DNA of 64,000 nucleotides, taken from Rhizophagus irregularis. Taxonomy: Eukaryota. The position numbers and the translations under genes are program-made. Below, piece by piece: positions 51,393 to 64,000 of the stretch (the first letter of the stretch is position 1; each line of letters opens with the position of its first letter). The notes below the pieces were generated by a model. It saw only the letters and a program-made list of their open reading frames with translations. It had not been told where the DNA came from and ran no database searches. The DNA lies in the NCBI RefSeq assembly GCF_026210795.1, contig NC_089431.1, forward strand, positions 372,001 through 436,000, in the 5' to 3' direction.

Positions 51393-51861
51393 TTAATTTT
51401 ATCATTTTATAATAGATTTATTGCGAAATATTAATTTCTTATTATTGACTGCTTTTTGGTAATAAATTTAATAAATTTTATTAAAATAAATATATAATTA
51501 ATTGTTTTGATTTATTATTGAATAAAATCGGTTATTATTATTATGAATAAACTAAATCCGGCATTTCAAAAGAAATAAATTGGTAATCTTTCGTAAATGT
51601 GTTTCGAGATCGATTTGTGTACATTTTATAACTAAAAGTTTGACGAATAGTTTTGTTTCCGAATTTTGCCAATAATAACGAATTTTTGCCGATAATAACG
51701 AATTTTTGCTGATTTGTGATTGCCAAGTGGCAGGCGAACTGTGCAAATCGTCCATAATAATTTTGACGATTTTTTTGGCAACGATCAGCCAAAGTTAGAT
51801 CAACTTTCGTCCAACATTCGTCAATTTGAAATCTGGACGAAATGGACTATTCTGACCAGTG

Positions 51862-54077
51862 GAATTATCATCTTTTCATGATGCTATTTTAGAAAACAAT
51901 GAATCTGATAAAGAAAACATTGAACATGAAATTGGTCATCGTATAATAAATTCTATTTCAGAAGGTGATGGCTATTCATGGGTTTATTATAAGAAAATTC
52001 AAAAAGAAAATTCTTTTCATATAATATACTACTGTAATTGCCGAATTGAACTTGGAAAACGAAGAGCAAAACATCCTGATTTAGACAAACAAAGAGATAC
52101 ACCTGCATATTTAGAACGCTATCATTGTGAAGGAATAATTAATATAGAAATATTTTCAAACTTGAATTTAATTAATGTTGAATATTCTCACAAAATGTTA
52201 CATTCCCGACCAAGGCATGTTAAGACAACACTTGAAATTAAGAACTTTATCCAAGATAATCTTAATTGTTCCGTTTCTGAAATTTTTCACCAGATTCAAG
52301 AAAATCATATTAATGGATATGAGAATATAACAGTTCAACAAACCTATTATTGGTGGTCCATTGAATCTCATAAAACATACTGTCGTGATCCTGATCCTTT
52401 ATTGTCAACAAAATATTTATTAGAAGAATTTAATCAAGAAATTATATTAGATAATCTCAATACTTCTATGCCTGCTCTAGGATTTTTAACAGTATTATTT
52501 TACCAATTACTTTATAATAAATTTGATGCAATTGAGATTGATGCAACATACAATACCAATAATTTGGCATGGGAACTATATGCTATTATGGGAGTAATTG
52601 ATGGTACTGGGTTTCCTCTTAGCTATCTTCTAATTTCAACTGGAAAAAATCGAAATATAACTGGAGTTCTTATACAGTGGATGCAAGCTTTAAAAGAATG
52701 AAATTTAAAAGATATTCCTTACATTTTAACTGATAAAGATTTTGCAGAAATCAATGCAGCACAAACAGTATGGCCTGAAGCTCACTTGCAATTGTGTGTT
52801 TGGCATATTCAACATGCTATTAAACAACGTTTATCATCCAATAAAACAAGTTCTTACCATTCTTATAATCCAAAGATTGCACATGAAGAGTGTTCAACAA
52901 TAGATCCTAACTGGGGAATTGTAAATAATTCAAATTCTGGATCATTTTGCCCTTTAAATTTACGAGAAACTGTAATTAATCTTATAAAAGATCATTCTAA
53001 TCGTCATATGCTATTACCAAAGCTTGATGGTACTTTTACTACAAATGCAGATGAAATTTGGAAAGAATGTGTAGGAGAAATGATACAATTTTGTAAGAAC
53101 AATGATTTGCTTCGATTGTGGATTTATTTTTGGAAGGAGTGGTATTCTAAAGGCAAATGGATTTTATGGGCGCGGGCAGCTAACAAAAATGTTAGTCATA
53201 TTAAAACAACAATGGTTGTTGAATCTCATTGGCGGCATATTAAGCATGATCATTTATACAAGTTTCATAAGCCACGAGTTGATCATTTATGTTTTATTCT
53301 TGTTAAAAAAGTCATTAACCAGCAGTTATATCGAATTCAATTACTACAGCAAGGACGTTATTCTGTACCATGGTGAAAAGATTTCAAAAAGGAATGGAAA
53401 CAATATGAAAAAAAACCTACTCAATTAAATGGCAAATATTTAACAGATACAGCTAAGTGGATATGTTCATGTCCTGCATATATAAAAAGCCGGTTTTTTT
53501 TGTGTAAACATTTAGTTAATTCTGTTGAGAAAGTTGATGGAATATTTTTTAAAAAAGTAAGTGGTTTGCTTTTTTTATATTTATACAGTACTATATCTAA
53601 TATTTATTATTTATTTAAAGGTACAGAGAAATGGAAATTATCCATTAATTTCCTCCTATGAAGGTAAATTGGTAAATGTATTTTGCTTAGAGAATACACC
53701 AGATCATACAATTCTAAACATTCCAATAACTCAAGATACTGAAAATGAAGATAATTATATTATTGAAAGTGACGATGAACAGCATATGTATGAAACTGAT
53801 TTAAATTATTTGCAAGAAATACTAAATAAGGTATACATGAATATTGCATATAACTAAGTAATTTTTAATTTTTATTGATGTAAATATTAATTCTTAGACC
53901 AAAGAATTATTAGAAGAGTCACGTAACAAGCCAAAACGGCATTTATGGTTAAAAAATGTTCGTTCTAATTTTAATTCATTGGAAAAAATGAATAATGATA
54001 TTGTAGCACTTGAAAATCGTAGAACTATGCCGAGAACTTGGAAAGATTTTAATAAGAATACAAGATATTGGGAATAG
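51862..54077 (+). pseudogene. MULE (Mutator) transposase with SWIM zinc finger; 5'-truncated, two premature stops
   Basis: IEIDATYNTN, GTGFPLSY, TDKDFAEINA, QLCVWH, TTMVVESHWRHIK, WICSCPAY...LCKHL; TGA at 52699 and 53374. Confidence 0.9.
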
Positions 54078-54544
54078 TAGTATTAAATTTCAGAAACATG
54101 TTTGAAATAAATAAATATATATGTATGTTATGCTTTAATAAAATTCTGGCAATTTGAAATATGTGTAATAATGTGTTTAAAAAAATAAATTTGAAAATTA
54201 TTAAATACTCATGAGATTACCAAAAATTAGTATCCGAAATCATGTGCAACCGGCAAATTAGAATCCGGCTACCATTTTTTGGAGGTGACGCTAGGGTGGT
54301 TATGCAATGGTCTGTCCCACACGTGAATTATATACACGTGACAATATATAACAATGCATTGTACTTCATTTAAGTTTATACTATTAGCTTAATAATTTCG
54401 ATACTATTAGCTTAGAATTAGACTTATTAAACGTTAGTTTAATTATATAATAAATTTAGTTGTTTTTTTTAAGATTCATTAATAATAAACGAAAAAACGA
54501 TATCTTGTGTAATTTATTTTCGTTATTAAAATCTTAATGAAAAT

Positions 54545-54871
54545 TGTGGCAATTTCTAGGGACCGTGCTCTTAATGATGTACTTTTTAAGCCATTTTCGT
54601 TTGAATGACTACAACGCATTAAAAAATGTAAGAGGTTACAAGAGAGATTGTCTGAAGAAAAGCGATTAAATTTCAATGATTAAATCTTAACGAAACTTTA
54701 TTTATTATTACAAATAGTCTATCTTTATTAACATAATTATAAATCAAATACCGAAATTAAATAATTTGTAATTTTAATGTCTACAAATCGTTGCAAAATA
54801 TAACACTAATAAGATTTCACTTTGTGCAGCGTGACGCCCGCTTCGGACGTTTAACGGTCACCGTTACCTAG
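54545..54871 (+). mobile_element. Helitron 3' remnant: Pif1-helicase C-terminal fragment, terminal hairpin and CTAG
   Basis: VAISRDRALNDVLFKPFSFE*LQRIKKCKRLQERLSEEKRL (motif VI-like); hairpin acgcccg-ctt-cggacgt at 54834-54850; CTAG at 54868-54871 followed by T. Confidence 0.75.
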
Positions 54872-55043
54872 TTATACAATAAATTTTTTTTTCTGCAGCT
54901 CAAGAATAAATATAAAATATAATCTAGGTAATTATTAAAAAAGATTAAATAGAGTATAAGTCGTTCAGTTCCTAAGGTGAGTAAAATTAAATTAAATAAC
55001 TACTGTATAATGATATAATACTAATAGCCGAAGAACTATTTAC

Positions 55044-56981
55044 CGTATTTACCGTACCTCATTTTGGTGAAAGAGCTGGCAATGAAGTGCCTATTTGTCA
55101 GCATTGAATCAAATGAATGAACAAAGAAGTATATGAAAGAGAAGTACTAAACATCAAATACTAAGTTATTTTTTGTTTTGTAAGAAAAAATTATTATATA
55201 TAAAAATATTTCTTTTTTTTTTTGTTAACAAAACACACATTTTATATAAAGTACAAAGTGCAGACGTGGAATCATCAATGTAATTTCTTTGGGTCATGTT
55301 AATTACAATTTATACTGCTATTATTACATCCTCACCAATGAACTATCAAATGAGTAAAAAATATATAATACCGAACATACAATATAAATAGTAGTAGTTA
55401 TAGCAATGATGAGTTTCAAAATATTTTTTTAAAGTTAATCTTAATTATTTTTAATTCTTAACTGTAGTTAGATAACTCGGGTAAGACAAAAAAGAGCAAG
55501 TGGTGTATAATTTGGCAAGTTTTTTATTTATCACTTTGAGTAGGATACCAATACTTTTCCGTAACACCCAGATAATACTACCTATATAGCAGATACTAGC
55601 GATGTAATTCCGCGTAGAGTCAACTATGATTAAACGGTTAGTCCAATTATATATTATTTAAAATTTACACGAAACTGCATACCAAACTTGGTATTACTAA
55701 ATTTCGAAATGACAATATCCTTATCCAGTTATGGAAGATAAAAGATATTTTATAAAGCACATTTCTATTTAATTCTTTTTAAAAAAGAAATTGGTACAAA
55801 TATTGAAGAAAACAATATCGAAGTTTTTCAAAAACTTATGATTTCTAAAAGAAAAGAAATGAAAAAAAAAATGAAATTGAAGAGGAATGATTTTTTTTTT
55901 GTGTTTTTTATGTTGTTAAAATAATCTATATTAACACATTCTTTATAATGGTACGTCTAACTATTAATGCTATGCTTTGAAATGATGTTAAATAGGTGAA
56001 ATAATGAGAATAAATAATGCCTAATAAAAAGATTCTAATATGCAAAATTAATAGCTTAGATACCACCATCTCGGTCAGGTTGGCCAAGGGCAATCTTGAC
56101 TTCACCGTTTTTTTCTTTCGATGGACTTTTGTCTTTTTGAGCATTTCTTCTTTAATGATTAAATTAATAAATTAATAAATTTCATTAAAAAGTATAAATA
56201 TTGTATTTGTATGTATTACCTCTTAGTTAATTGATTTAAATTCAAAGTAGAGGCTGTTACGATAGTAGCCATAAGCACAATCAAGAGAGCAAAGAAGATT
56301 TGACGTGAATTCATTTTTATAGTGTTTGGATATTTTGTGTTGAATATTTAAAATTTCTTTTATTGAAAAATTATTTTTTAAAAAAATTTTGATTTTCTGA
56401 ATTAGTGTAGTTCTTAACAATTGAGAAGCCATTTATATATTGATTTTTTTCAATTGGGCCTATATTCCTTAAATGATCAACAAAACGAATTTATTTACCC
56501 AAACCGAAATTAATTTTAATAAAGAATTCTCCCAAATTAAATACAAACAATGTATTTTATCTATAAATAATTGGAATAAAACTTTTCAAACATTCTTTAA
56601 TCTTTAATATAACGACAACTAATTTAGTCGAGCTTTGTTTTTTTTAGATGAGTGATTGGTTGAGCTTGTTTTAGTATTTTTTTTATCGTTTTTTGTTTAA
56701 AAAGGAAAATAAAGAAAATAAAAATTTTGTCAATCTATTTTGTTGTGTTTGATTTTTATCTTGTTTTAGAATAGTATTTTTTATTTTGAAAGAAAGCAAA
56801 TCGATTTCTAATTTTAGGTTATAAGAGTCCTTGTTAAAGGTTTCTTTGTGTAACGATAAATAATGATGTATCACATACTTATGATAAAGAAATTTAGAGA
56901 ACCTGACATTTATAAAAAAAAAAATAATAAAAGAAAAATTGGAAACATAAAAAGCATTATCAGTAAATATATAAATCATTC
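55044..56981 (+). repeat. ~1.95-kb dispersed direct repeat, copy 2
   Basis: Matches 7445-9409 with scattered substitutions and small indels. Confidence 0.95.
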
Positions 56982-58521
56982 CCTCCTGATCGGCATCATT
57001 TACACAATGTAGTTATACCTACCGGGTGGCAAATTCTATATGTATTTATGACTATTGATTATACTATAATAGACGGATTTGAAAATTTGAGTAATTCAGA
57101 AAGATTTGCATTTTTCAAATGAGAAAAACTTTAAATTTATTTCATGTATTGTATTCTTAAGTGCGTCTTTAAAAAAAATGAAAAATGATGATATTAATAT
57201 CATTTCAAAACACAAGCATCGTCAATCATTCCAAGTTATACTAAGCTAATGGAGTAACAATAAAACAATGATAATAAAATAAAAAATAAAAAAATGATTG
57301 GTTTTAACATTTTTGTAATTTTAATTTTTACTAGACCAAAGGACTTTGTTATGGTAGTTGCGTAAATAGTAATTTAAAGTAATATATATAATATGTAAGT
57401 TACATGATAGCGAAATTACAAAAAAAAAAATTTTTTTTTATTAAAGTTTCGTTAATTATTGAAAAATATATGTAGATAAACATAGATAAAATTTGGCAAT
57501 TTTTTTATTAGATAAACAATATAAATCGTTCTGGTCCAGACTGTCAGTCATACTGTAGACTGTAGAGCTAGTGCCCATCGTTAAGACGTTTGCTACCACT
57601 AGCTACAAAATAAACCTTTATTAAATTTGATAAAAATTATAGCAGTTCCCGAGTTTTATAATAAATAATATCAAATAAGTAACCAATAAGAATAATAAGA
57701 ATAGTTTTACGTTATTACGGACCATAATTGATCCCCATAGTGACCATAATCTCAATCCCAATTTTTAAGGTCATTCCGGACCGCAGTAAATAAAATACTT
57801 AAAAAATTTTATACACTTAAACAAGAAATTGACTTATTAGCAGGGGAGCAGGGGAGCTGCCATTTGATTTAATTCACGTAAAATTTTCGTGATTAGGTAT
57901 TTATTAGAGCACTTAGTTAATTGATTATTAATTGGTTAAGGTTTTTTTGGATAAAAATAATTTTTTATTTTTTTCTTGAATGCTTTTATTGTAGTATAAC
58001 TTGTTATTAATAAAAGAAATAAAAGAAATAACAATATTAAAAAAATTATTATACTAATCATTTAGATAAAAAAACCATCTATATAATTTAAAAATTATAA
58101 TTTATTAATTTTCAATTTAACTAATTTTATTTTTACTAAATAATAAAAATATACTTATCCTAACTAAAGAATTATGCAAACATGTTTTTTCAAATAAAAA
58201 AAATCATTTATTTGATTATATTACTTGAAAGAACAAAAAAAATTTTAGGAAAAAAATATGGTAATTAGGAAAATAATTATTATTAAAAATAACAATCAGA
58301 AAAAAAAAGCGCTGATGATAACGGTGTAATGGCATAATGTTAATCTGATTACTGACCTAGATTCAAGTCTAAAAAACTAAATAAACAATAATATACTTAT
58401 ATATAACAATAATTTTAAATAAATATATGGAAAAATTATATAAAAAGAATATAGTATAGATTATAAAGGAAAATTTAAAATATTTGAAATATAATTTGTA
58501 AAATTTTCGTGATTAGGTATT

Positions 58522-61500
58522 TTAAACATTGATAAGATAATTTTGCAATCTTACCCTATTCTCCTCCTGTAATCTTTCATATTCTTTGATTACATTTTTA
58601 TCCACCTTGATGGAATTAAGGTCAAAGTACGTAATATCTAGATTTTTCCATGATGTTGCTCTGCTCATAGCAACATAAGTTTGGCCATATGCGAACATAG
58701 AAGCATCTAACGAAACTGTGGCATGGGGTAATGTTAGGCCCTGCGTTTTGTGAACAGTAAGGGAGAATGCATTTTGTAGAGGAAATTGTGTACGTCTGGC
58801 TGGAGCACCATTTAATACAAAATATGCGGTATCTTTTTCTACCTTCATAATTAGCATTCCAGTAGAAATAGGAAATACAACTTCTACAAGAGATTCATTT
58901 AGTACTCTCAATATTACACCTATTGATCCATTATAAATCCCTTTAGAAAAGTATTTGTTATTGAGGAACATGACTCGACATCCTTCCTTTAAGATGACTT
59001 CAGATGGATAATTTGTATGTTTGTTGAACATTTTATCAGTTTCGTTAATACTTTTAAGTTCATCATTATAATAGTCTATTGCATTAGAGACAATTGGGGA
59101 TCGATTAGGTTCTAATGAGGGTAATTGCAAAGCAATAGCAGTATTAATATTATATGCTAGTTGTTTAAACCCAGTTATAAATGTAGTATCCAATGGAGTG
59201 GAAGCAGTTGGAGGCTGTTTCACTTTCTCTAGAATCATTTTTCTATCATCATCTGTAATTGTATTCATTCTTACATTTTGTAATAAAGAATAAAAAGGTA
59301 AATCATCTTGCTGCCTTCTTGAAAATGTTAAAAATAATGGGAAAAATCTTTTCCACACAGGTGAGTAAAATACTTGAGCACCTTTAACTGGTGGTAATTG
59401 AAATAGATCTCCAATTAATAGAACAGGTATTCCTCCAAATTCTATGGGCTTATTATGTAGTTTTGCAAATAAGTTACTAATGAATGATAGCATATCTGCT
59501 GAAACCATTGAGATTTCATCTATAATTATAGCTTTTATTTTCATAAGTTCTTGGCGCAAATTTTGATCATATATAGCTAATGATTGCCTATTATTAAGAA
59601 CATCACTAATTCTCAAGCATGAATGAATTGTTTTTCCTCCAATATTTTCAGCTGCCACTCCTGTTGGTGCCATCAAGATGTAATCTTGTCTCCTTTGTTT
59701 TAAAAGTTCAATAATTTGAAAGATCATAAAAGTTTTCCCAGTACCAATAGTTTGAAGGTCTTCCCTTAATGCAAATAAAAGATTATCTAAATGTTGCAGA
59801 TAGGATTCAGTAAATTGTACTATTCTTGTATATGAAGTTTGATGTAAATGACTAATGGCATTATTATATTCATTAGGGAATTCTGCACAAAACCTGGCTC
59901 TATAATTCGGAAAATTTAATTTGATTTGATCTTCATTTCTCACAGGAAGTTTGAGCAATAGCTGTTGGTAGAAAAATGATTCTCCATTCTGTGCAGTTAG
60001 ATATTGAAATCTTACAAGAATTTCTTTTTTACGAGCTACAATATATCTTCCTTTTACATCAATCCAATAGTTAGTATTATTATTTGAAGGTCTAGATATT
60101 TGTCGATATTTTCGATGATATATAGGATAGGTGATTTCATCAAATATTGGATCCAAAGGCCTTTCAAAATATTTATCCACAGCATCTGACCAATATGGAT
60201 CCATATCTTCTTCCTGTAATATATGAATAGGTTTAATTGACCTTATTCTCTCGCTAGAAGGAAGTGTTGGAAGATATTCAACAGCAATAGAGGACCTGCA
60301 CACAGTTTTACCCAATAAGAGTAGCATTAATTCCATGGATCCTAGTCGTCTTCCTAATACATGTGATTTCATTGCATCATGTTCGTAAAGTTCAAAAAGT
60401 TCAGATGGTTCAGCTTTAGATACATATTTTATTAAATATTTTTGCAAGTGAGCTGAAGTGACATATTGGAAACATATATGACCATCCCATAACATTAGTG
60501 TGGGAGCATGGTATGGTACTACCCATCTGTCTTCTTCTTTTGTTCTTCTATAAATATAACGTAAAGTACTTTCATCTTCATAAGTATTGACTGAGAGTGG
60601 TTGTGGAAAACCCTTGGAACATCTTTTTCCAGGTGCAGGAGGACCACCACAATGACGTTCTTGACAATGATGAATTTGATGAGCTAGAACTTTCTGATAA
60701 AGTTCAGGTTCAAGAACAGGATCGGGCAAGTCAGCTCTTATCACATTATCTAATACAAGTTCATCTATTGATTTTTCGACAAATGCTATACCATGAGTAT
60801 GTATCGCCCCCCTATTTTGAAATTCATCTCTCTCCCAATGATGATGCCATTTTCCCCAACTACATATATTTTTATTTCTCCAAAGGTAATGATGAATGGA
60901 TTTTAATCTATTGTGATAATGATGATATACATGAAAGGGACGGTTTGTTGGAATGGTATTACCATCATCAGTTTTCTTTAAAATTTCATGTAAATGTTTC
61001 CATTTCCCTTCTGCCATTGTAACAGTATAAAATATTTGGGGTAAACCAAATGTTTTCATTATTGTATTTAATTGGTGTTCCTTTTTCCTCCAGTATGTAT
61101 CACCAGTTCGAATATATGAAGGTATAGTTGTTGTTTCTACTTCATTTATTATAGGTCTACCAGTATAAGCACTAAGAGCAAGAAGATCACTAAGTGTGAG
61201 ATGATCAGCACGATTTGCATTTCGTTGTTTCAAAATTCTATTTCTGTTTTGGTGATTTCTAAGTTTAAGATTAAGATATGTGTAAAAAGGCCAGTACCAG
61301 GAAAGCCTAAATCTGGGGTCTATTCCCCCTAATAATAATCGTGCATAACTACCATATGTATCTATCATTGGACGTTTATTTGGTAAGTTGTTAATATCCC
61401 CAAAGTGATTTTTACCTAATGGAAATAGATCAGGAAAAATAAGAGCTTCAAGATTAGGATCTGAATAAGATATAGGTAACATTTTATCTTCAGGATTAGT

Positions 61501-62460
61501 TATGAACCCTGCCATTAATCTGTCATAATGATAATCTTCGTTATGAATCTCAGGATCAAGATCAAAAGGTGGTACCACAATATTAGTTGGACGAATCTGA
61601 GAACTTTCTGGTAAAATAACATTGTTTTCTAAAGATGAAAGTGTTGCAGTAGGAATAATTATTGGTGGACCCTGATGATTCACTCTATTGTAATAATGTT
61701 GATATTGTCTGAAAAATGGATTGTTTAATCTTAACCAGTTGGCTGCAGCATCTAAAGAAGGATGGTACCAAGAATTGTGTTGGCCACTAGTAAGGATTGC
61801 CCCAATAGTACCTGAATAAAGAGATAAAGCATGTATATTTTTAGACATCCCAATTGATCCTTTAAGATGACGATATGTAGTATAGTTGTTACTATTTGGA
61901 GATCTACCTAATGAGCAGCTTAAATGAACAGGGGATAGATAGATTCGATGATATGAGGGAATATTTTGAATTTCAGTAGGAATAGGATCGTATTTTGGTG
62001 GATTTCTTCTAGTGTGAGGATTTTTGCATGAAGAACAAACAGCTATTCTAAGTGTAGGGGCAGATTTTGGATGAAAAATCAATTTGATATTTGGATAATT
62101 ATAACGATAATGTTCCAAAGGATAGGTTTTACTTTGATCATAATTTTCCCATTTACATTCAACAGGATGAAGTAGTTTTGCACAATAGCTGCATGGGATA
62201 CATGGGTATTGGTATAAAATTAAATTATCAAATCTTTCCATTAAATTTTTAAGGGTTCTAGAAGGTCGCCAAGGAGCATAGCTGCTATAAGATACAGGAA
62301 AGCTTGATGTCAGGGTAGTATTGTTAATAGTAGGAAGTCGACTATGGTTTGAATTAGCATTAAATCTAACTGTAGTTCCTGTTAGAAATGTCCAGTCGAA
62401 CTCTTGAGACCCATTATTTGTAAAATGATCTGCTGTTAAATTAATAAAGGTGGCAGGCAT
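58522..62460 (-). CDS. Helitron-like RepHel protein (HUH Rep plus Pif1-family SF1B helicase), 1312 aa
   Basis: N-terminal CxxC pairs; FPDLFPLG; Rep motifs [25 protein letters not shown]; helicase [46 protein letters not shown]. Confidence 0.93.
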   Translation of the reverse strand: MPATFINLTADHFTNNGSQEFDWTFLTGTTVRFNANSNHSRLPTINNTTLTSSFPVSYSSYAPWRPSRTLKNLMERFDNLILYQYPCIPCSYCAKLLHPVECKWENYDQSKTYPLEHYRYNYPNIKLIFHPKSAPTLRIAVCSSCKNPHTRRNPPKYDPIPTEIQNIPSYHRIYLSPVHLSCSLGRSPNSNNYTTYRHLKGSIGMSKNIHALSLYSGTIGAILTSGQHNSWYHPSLDAAANWLRLNNPFFRQYQHYYNRVNHQGPPIIIPTATLSSLENNVILPESSQIRPTNIVVPPFDLDPEIHNEDYHYDRLMAGFITNPEDKMLPISYSDPNLEALIFPDLFPLGKNHFGDINNLPNKRPMIDTYGSYARLLLGGIDPRFRLSWYWPFYTYLNLKLRNHQNRNRILKQRNANRADHLTLSDLLALSAYTGRPIINEVETTTIPSYIRTGDTYWRKKEHQLNTIMKTFGLPQIFYTVTMAEGKWKHLHEILKKTDDGNTIPTNRPFHVYHHYHNRLKSIHHYLWRNKNICSWGKWHHHWERDEFQNRGAIHTHGIAFVEKSIDELVLDNVIRADLPDPVLEPELYQKVLAHQIHHCQERHCGGPPAPGKRCSKGFPQPLSVNTYEDESTLRYIYRRTKEEDRWVVPYHAPTLMLWDGHICFQYVTSAHLQKYLIKYVSKAEPSELFELYEHDAMKSHVLGRRLGSMELMLLLLGKTVCRSSIAVEYLPTLPSSERIRSIKPIHILQEEDMDPYWSDAVDKYFERPLDPIFDEITYPIYHRKYRQISRPSNNNTNYWIDVKGRYIVARKKEILVRFQYLTAQNGESFFYQQLLLKLPVRNEDQIKLNFPNYRARFCAEFPNEYNNAISHLHQTSYTRIVQFTESYLQHLDNLLFALREDLQTIGTGKTFMIFQIIELLKQRRQDYILMAPTGVAAENIGGKTIHSCLRISDVLNNRQSLAIYDQNLRQELMKIKAIIIDEISMVSADMLSFISNLFAKLHNKPIEFGGIPVLLIGDLFQLPPVKGAQVFYSPVWKRFFPLFLTFSRRQQDDLPFYSLLQNVRMNTITDDDRKMILEKVKQPPTASTPLDTTFITGFKQLAYNINTAIALQLPSLEPNRSPIVSNAIDYYNDELKSINETDKMFNKHTNYPSEVILKEGCRVMFLNNKYFSKGIYNGSIGVILRVLNESLVEVVFPISTGMLIMKVEKDTAYFVLNGAPARRTQFPLQNAFSLTVHKTQGLTLPHATVSLDASMFAYGQTYVAMSRATSWKNLDITYFDLNSIKVDKNVIKEYERLQEENRVRLQNYLINV

Positions 62461-62974
62461 TCTTATTTATATTTTTAAAAATTAGAAGTTTGATGATGCG
62501 TTTTTATAATAGTTTTCTAAAAAATAAGAAATTGAAAAAAATTAAGACGAAGGATAAAAGTCAAGATAAAGCTCATATAATTTTCACATTTCTTTATTAA
62601 TTGCACAAAATAAATAAACGGTAAAGGAAGTGTATTTTCAAATGATATAATACATTTGGCGTAATATATTGTTGCAATATAAATATTTCTCCTGTTTAAT
62701 TATTATATAGTACAATATTATTAATATTTTTATTTGAAAATTCTATTAATGGTTAAGGTTAGTAAAATATAAAGAGATTATTAAATATCATAAACAATAT
62801 ACCAAATTATTTACTATATTATTTTACGTGATAAATACACAACGCAATTTAATTAATAAAATAGGTATCTTGTTTATTCAAATTTGGAAAAAGGAGTTCA
62901 TTTGTTTGTTAATTATTATAATTTATCATAATAGACTTTGTAAAATATTATTATAAACAGGCGGATTATTTTTA

Positions 62975-63430
62975 GCAAGATGATTTCATACGTTTTACAT
63001 AAATCTAAAAGAATCTAGGAAATGATCTGCATATTGTTTTCCATTCTTAGTTAATGGTTAATTTATTTCGTTATTGATTTTTTGTCTTATATTTTAAATT
63101 TTTAATAACAAAAAAAAATATAATTTTTATTAATATGTCTTAAATAAAATAAAAAGAAAGAATAAAATATTTTGTTTTAAAAAAAAGGTGATATAATTTA
63201 TTATAACAGACTTTATAAAATATTTTTTTTTTTAGCAGGATTTCGAAAATGATCTGCATGATGTAATTATCATTGTTTTCCATTTTTATTTAATAATAAT
63301 TGATTTATTACGATATTGATTTGTTTTTTAAATTTTTAATAATAAAAAAATATAATTTTATTAATAATTAATGTGTGTTAAACAAAATAAAAAGAAAGAA
63401 TAAAATATTTTCTGTTTTAAAAAATAGAAT
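62975..63430. repeat. Degenerate tandem duplication (~200-230 bp) upstream of RepHel
   Basis: aaatgatctgcat..attgttttccatt..aaaataaaaagaaagaataaaatattt..gttttaaaaaa occurs twice (~63020-63185 and ~63247-63425). Confidence 0.75.
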
Positions 63431-63448
63431 ATAATAGTGTTAAAAGAT

Positions 63449-64000
63449 TTATGGCGTACTAGCCACATTACTACTAGAATCATTCGATTCATCATTTTCT
63501 AATAAACTTGCTACTGCTAAACCCATAACTCCCTGTTCTGAATTTGGATTAAGTTTTGTATCACTACGGGTTTTTACCTTTTTTGTACTAGACAGATTTG
63601 GTTTTTTTGGGGGGGCAGCACGTTTTCTTGGATTCTTAGGTGATTTTTTAGTTTGTATTGGTGGAATTTCTTCAATTACGATGCAATTATTATTATTTAA
63701 AGAAGGGTTAAGTTGTGATGAATTAGATTCATGAGATGTATTTCTGGGTGGAATATGTTGTAAATTAGGCGAAAATTGATGGGGCATAGGATGTGTTTGA
63801 TTAAAATGAGGGTATGGTAAAAGAGTTGTGTTATTTAAATTAGGTGAATTTGTAGAATTAGGTTGATAAGATTGGGGGTATTGATGGTAAATAGGAGTAG
63901 AAGATTGTGATGGTGGAGTTAACGAAATTGATGGATTGGAAGTTACATCCTGAGTAATATGATTAGAAATAACTTGTTGTGATAAAGATAAATTGGAAGT
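63449..64000 (-). CDS. 3' end of a low-complexity Pro/Ser/Asn-rich gene upstream of RepHel; partial, with an apparent frameshift ~63875
   Basis: ORF 63787-63449 extends upstream to the window edge with one frame change; basic patch PRKRAAPPKK. Confidence 0.45.
   Translation of the reverse strand, partial: TSNLSLSQQVISNHITQDVTSNPSISLTPPSQSSTPIYHQYPQSYQPNSTNSPNLNNTTLLPYPHFNQTHPMPHQFSPNLQHIPPRNTSHESNSSQLNPSLNNNNCIVIEEIPPIQTKKSPKNPRKRAAPPKKPNLSSTKKVKTRSDTKLNPNSEQGVMGLAVASLLENDESNDSSSNVASTP

Larger units (their letters stand above)
43438..51861. mobile_element. CACTA-superfamily element with CACTG termini and two divergent genes
   Basis: Left end cactggtcgaaat at 43438; right end attctgaccagtg ending at 51861; contains a Tnp2 transposase (-) and an accessory gene (+); flanks show no matching TSD. 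Confidence 0.8.

Noticed and set aside
7445..56981. Paired LTRs of a giant retroelement
   Set aside because: No TG...CA ends, no TSD, no PBS/PPT and no gag-pol between the copies

Overview
Very AT-rich eukaryotic DNA with short GT-AG introns. Gene style and transposon families are most consistent with an arbuscular mycorrhizal fungus such as Rhizophagus (inference). The first ~16 kb holds a few host-type genes: the first exon of a membrane protein, an alpha/beta-hydrolase pseudogene split by a 24-bp minisatellite, a 51-aa two-exon small ORF, and an intact 7-exon 914-aa secreted-domain/multi-TM protein. From ~19 kb on the window is a nest of mobile DNA. It contains (1) an intronless, GC-richer virus/Polinton-like fragment with a D5-type SF3 helicase gene, a truncated second gene and an upstream array of opposed TGAAACA iterons; (2) two copies of a TA-targeting MITE, one split by a 3.2-kb RT-less insertion with a 16-bp target duplication; (3) two decayed CACTA/Tnp2 transposases, one inside a CACTG-ended element; (4) a MULE-SWIM transposase, hAT and Plavaka-like remnants, a Helitron 3' end and a 1312-aa Helitron RepHel gene. 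There are also several tandem arrays (one built of 44-bp palindromes), two micro-exon chains and a ~1.95-kb segment duplicated 47.6 kb apart. No rRNA, tRNA or CRISPR array was recognised. Family assignments come from motifs read by eye, not from database searches.
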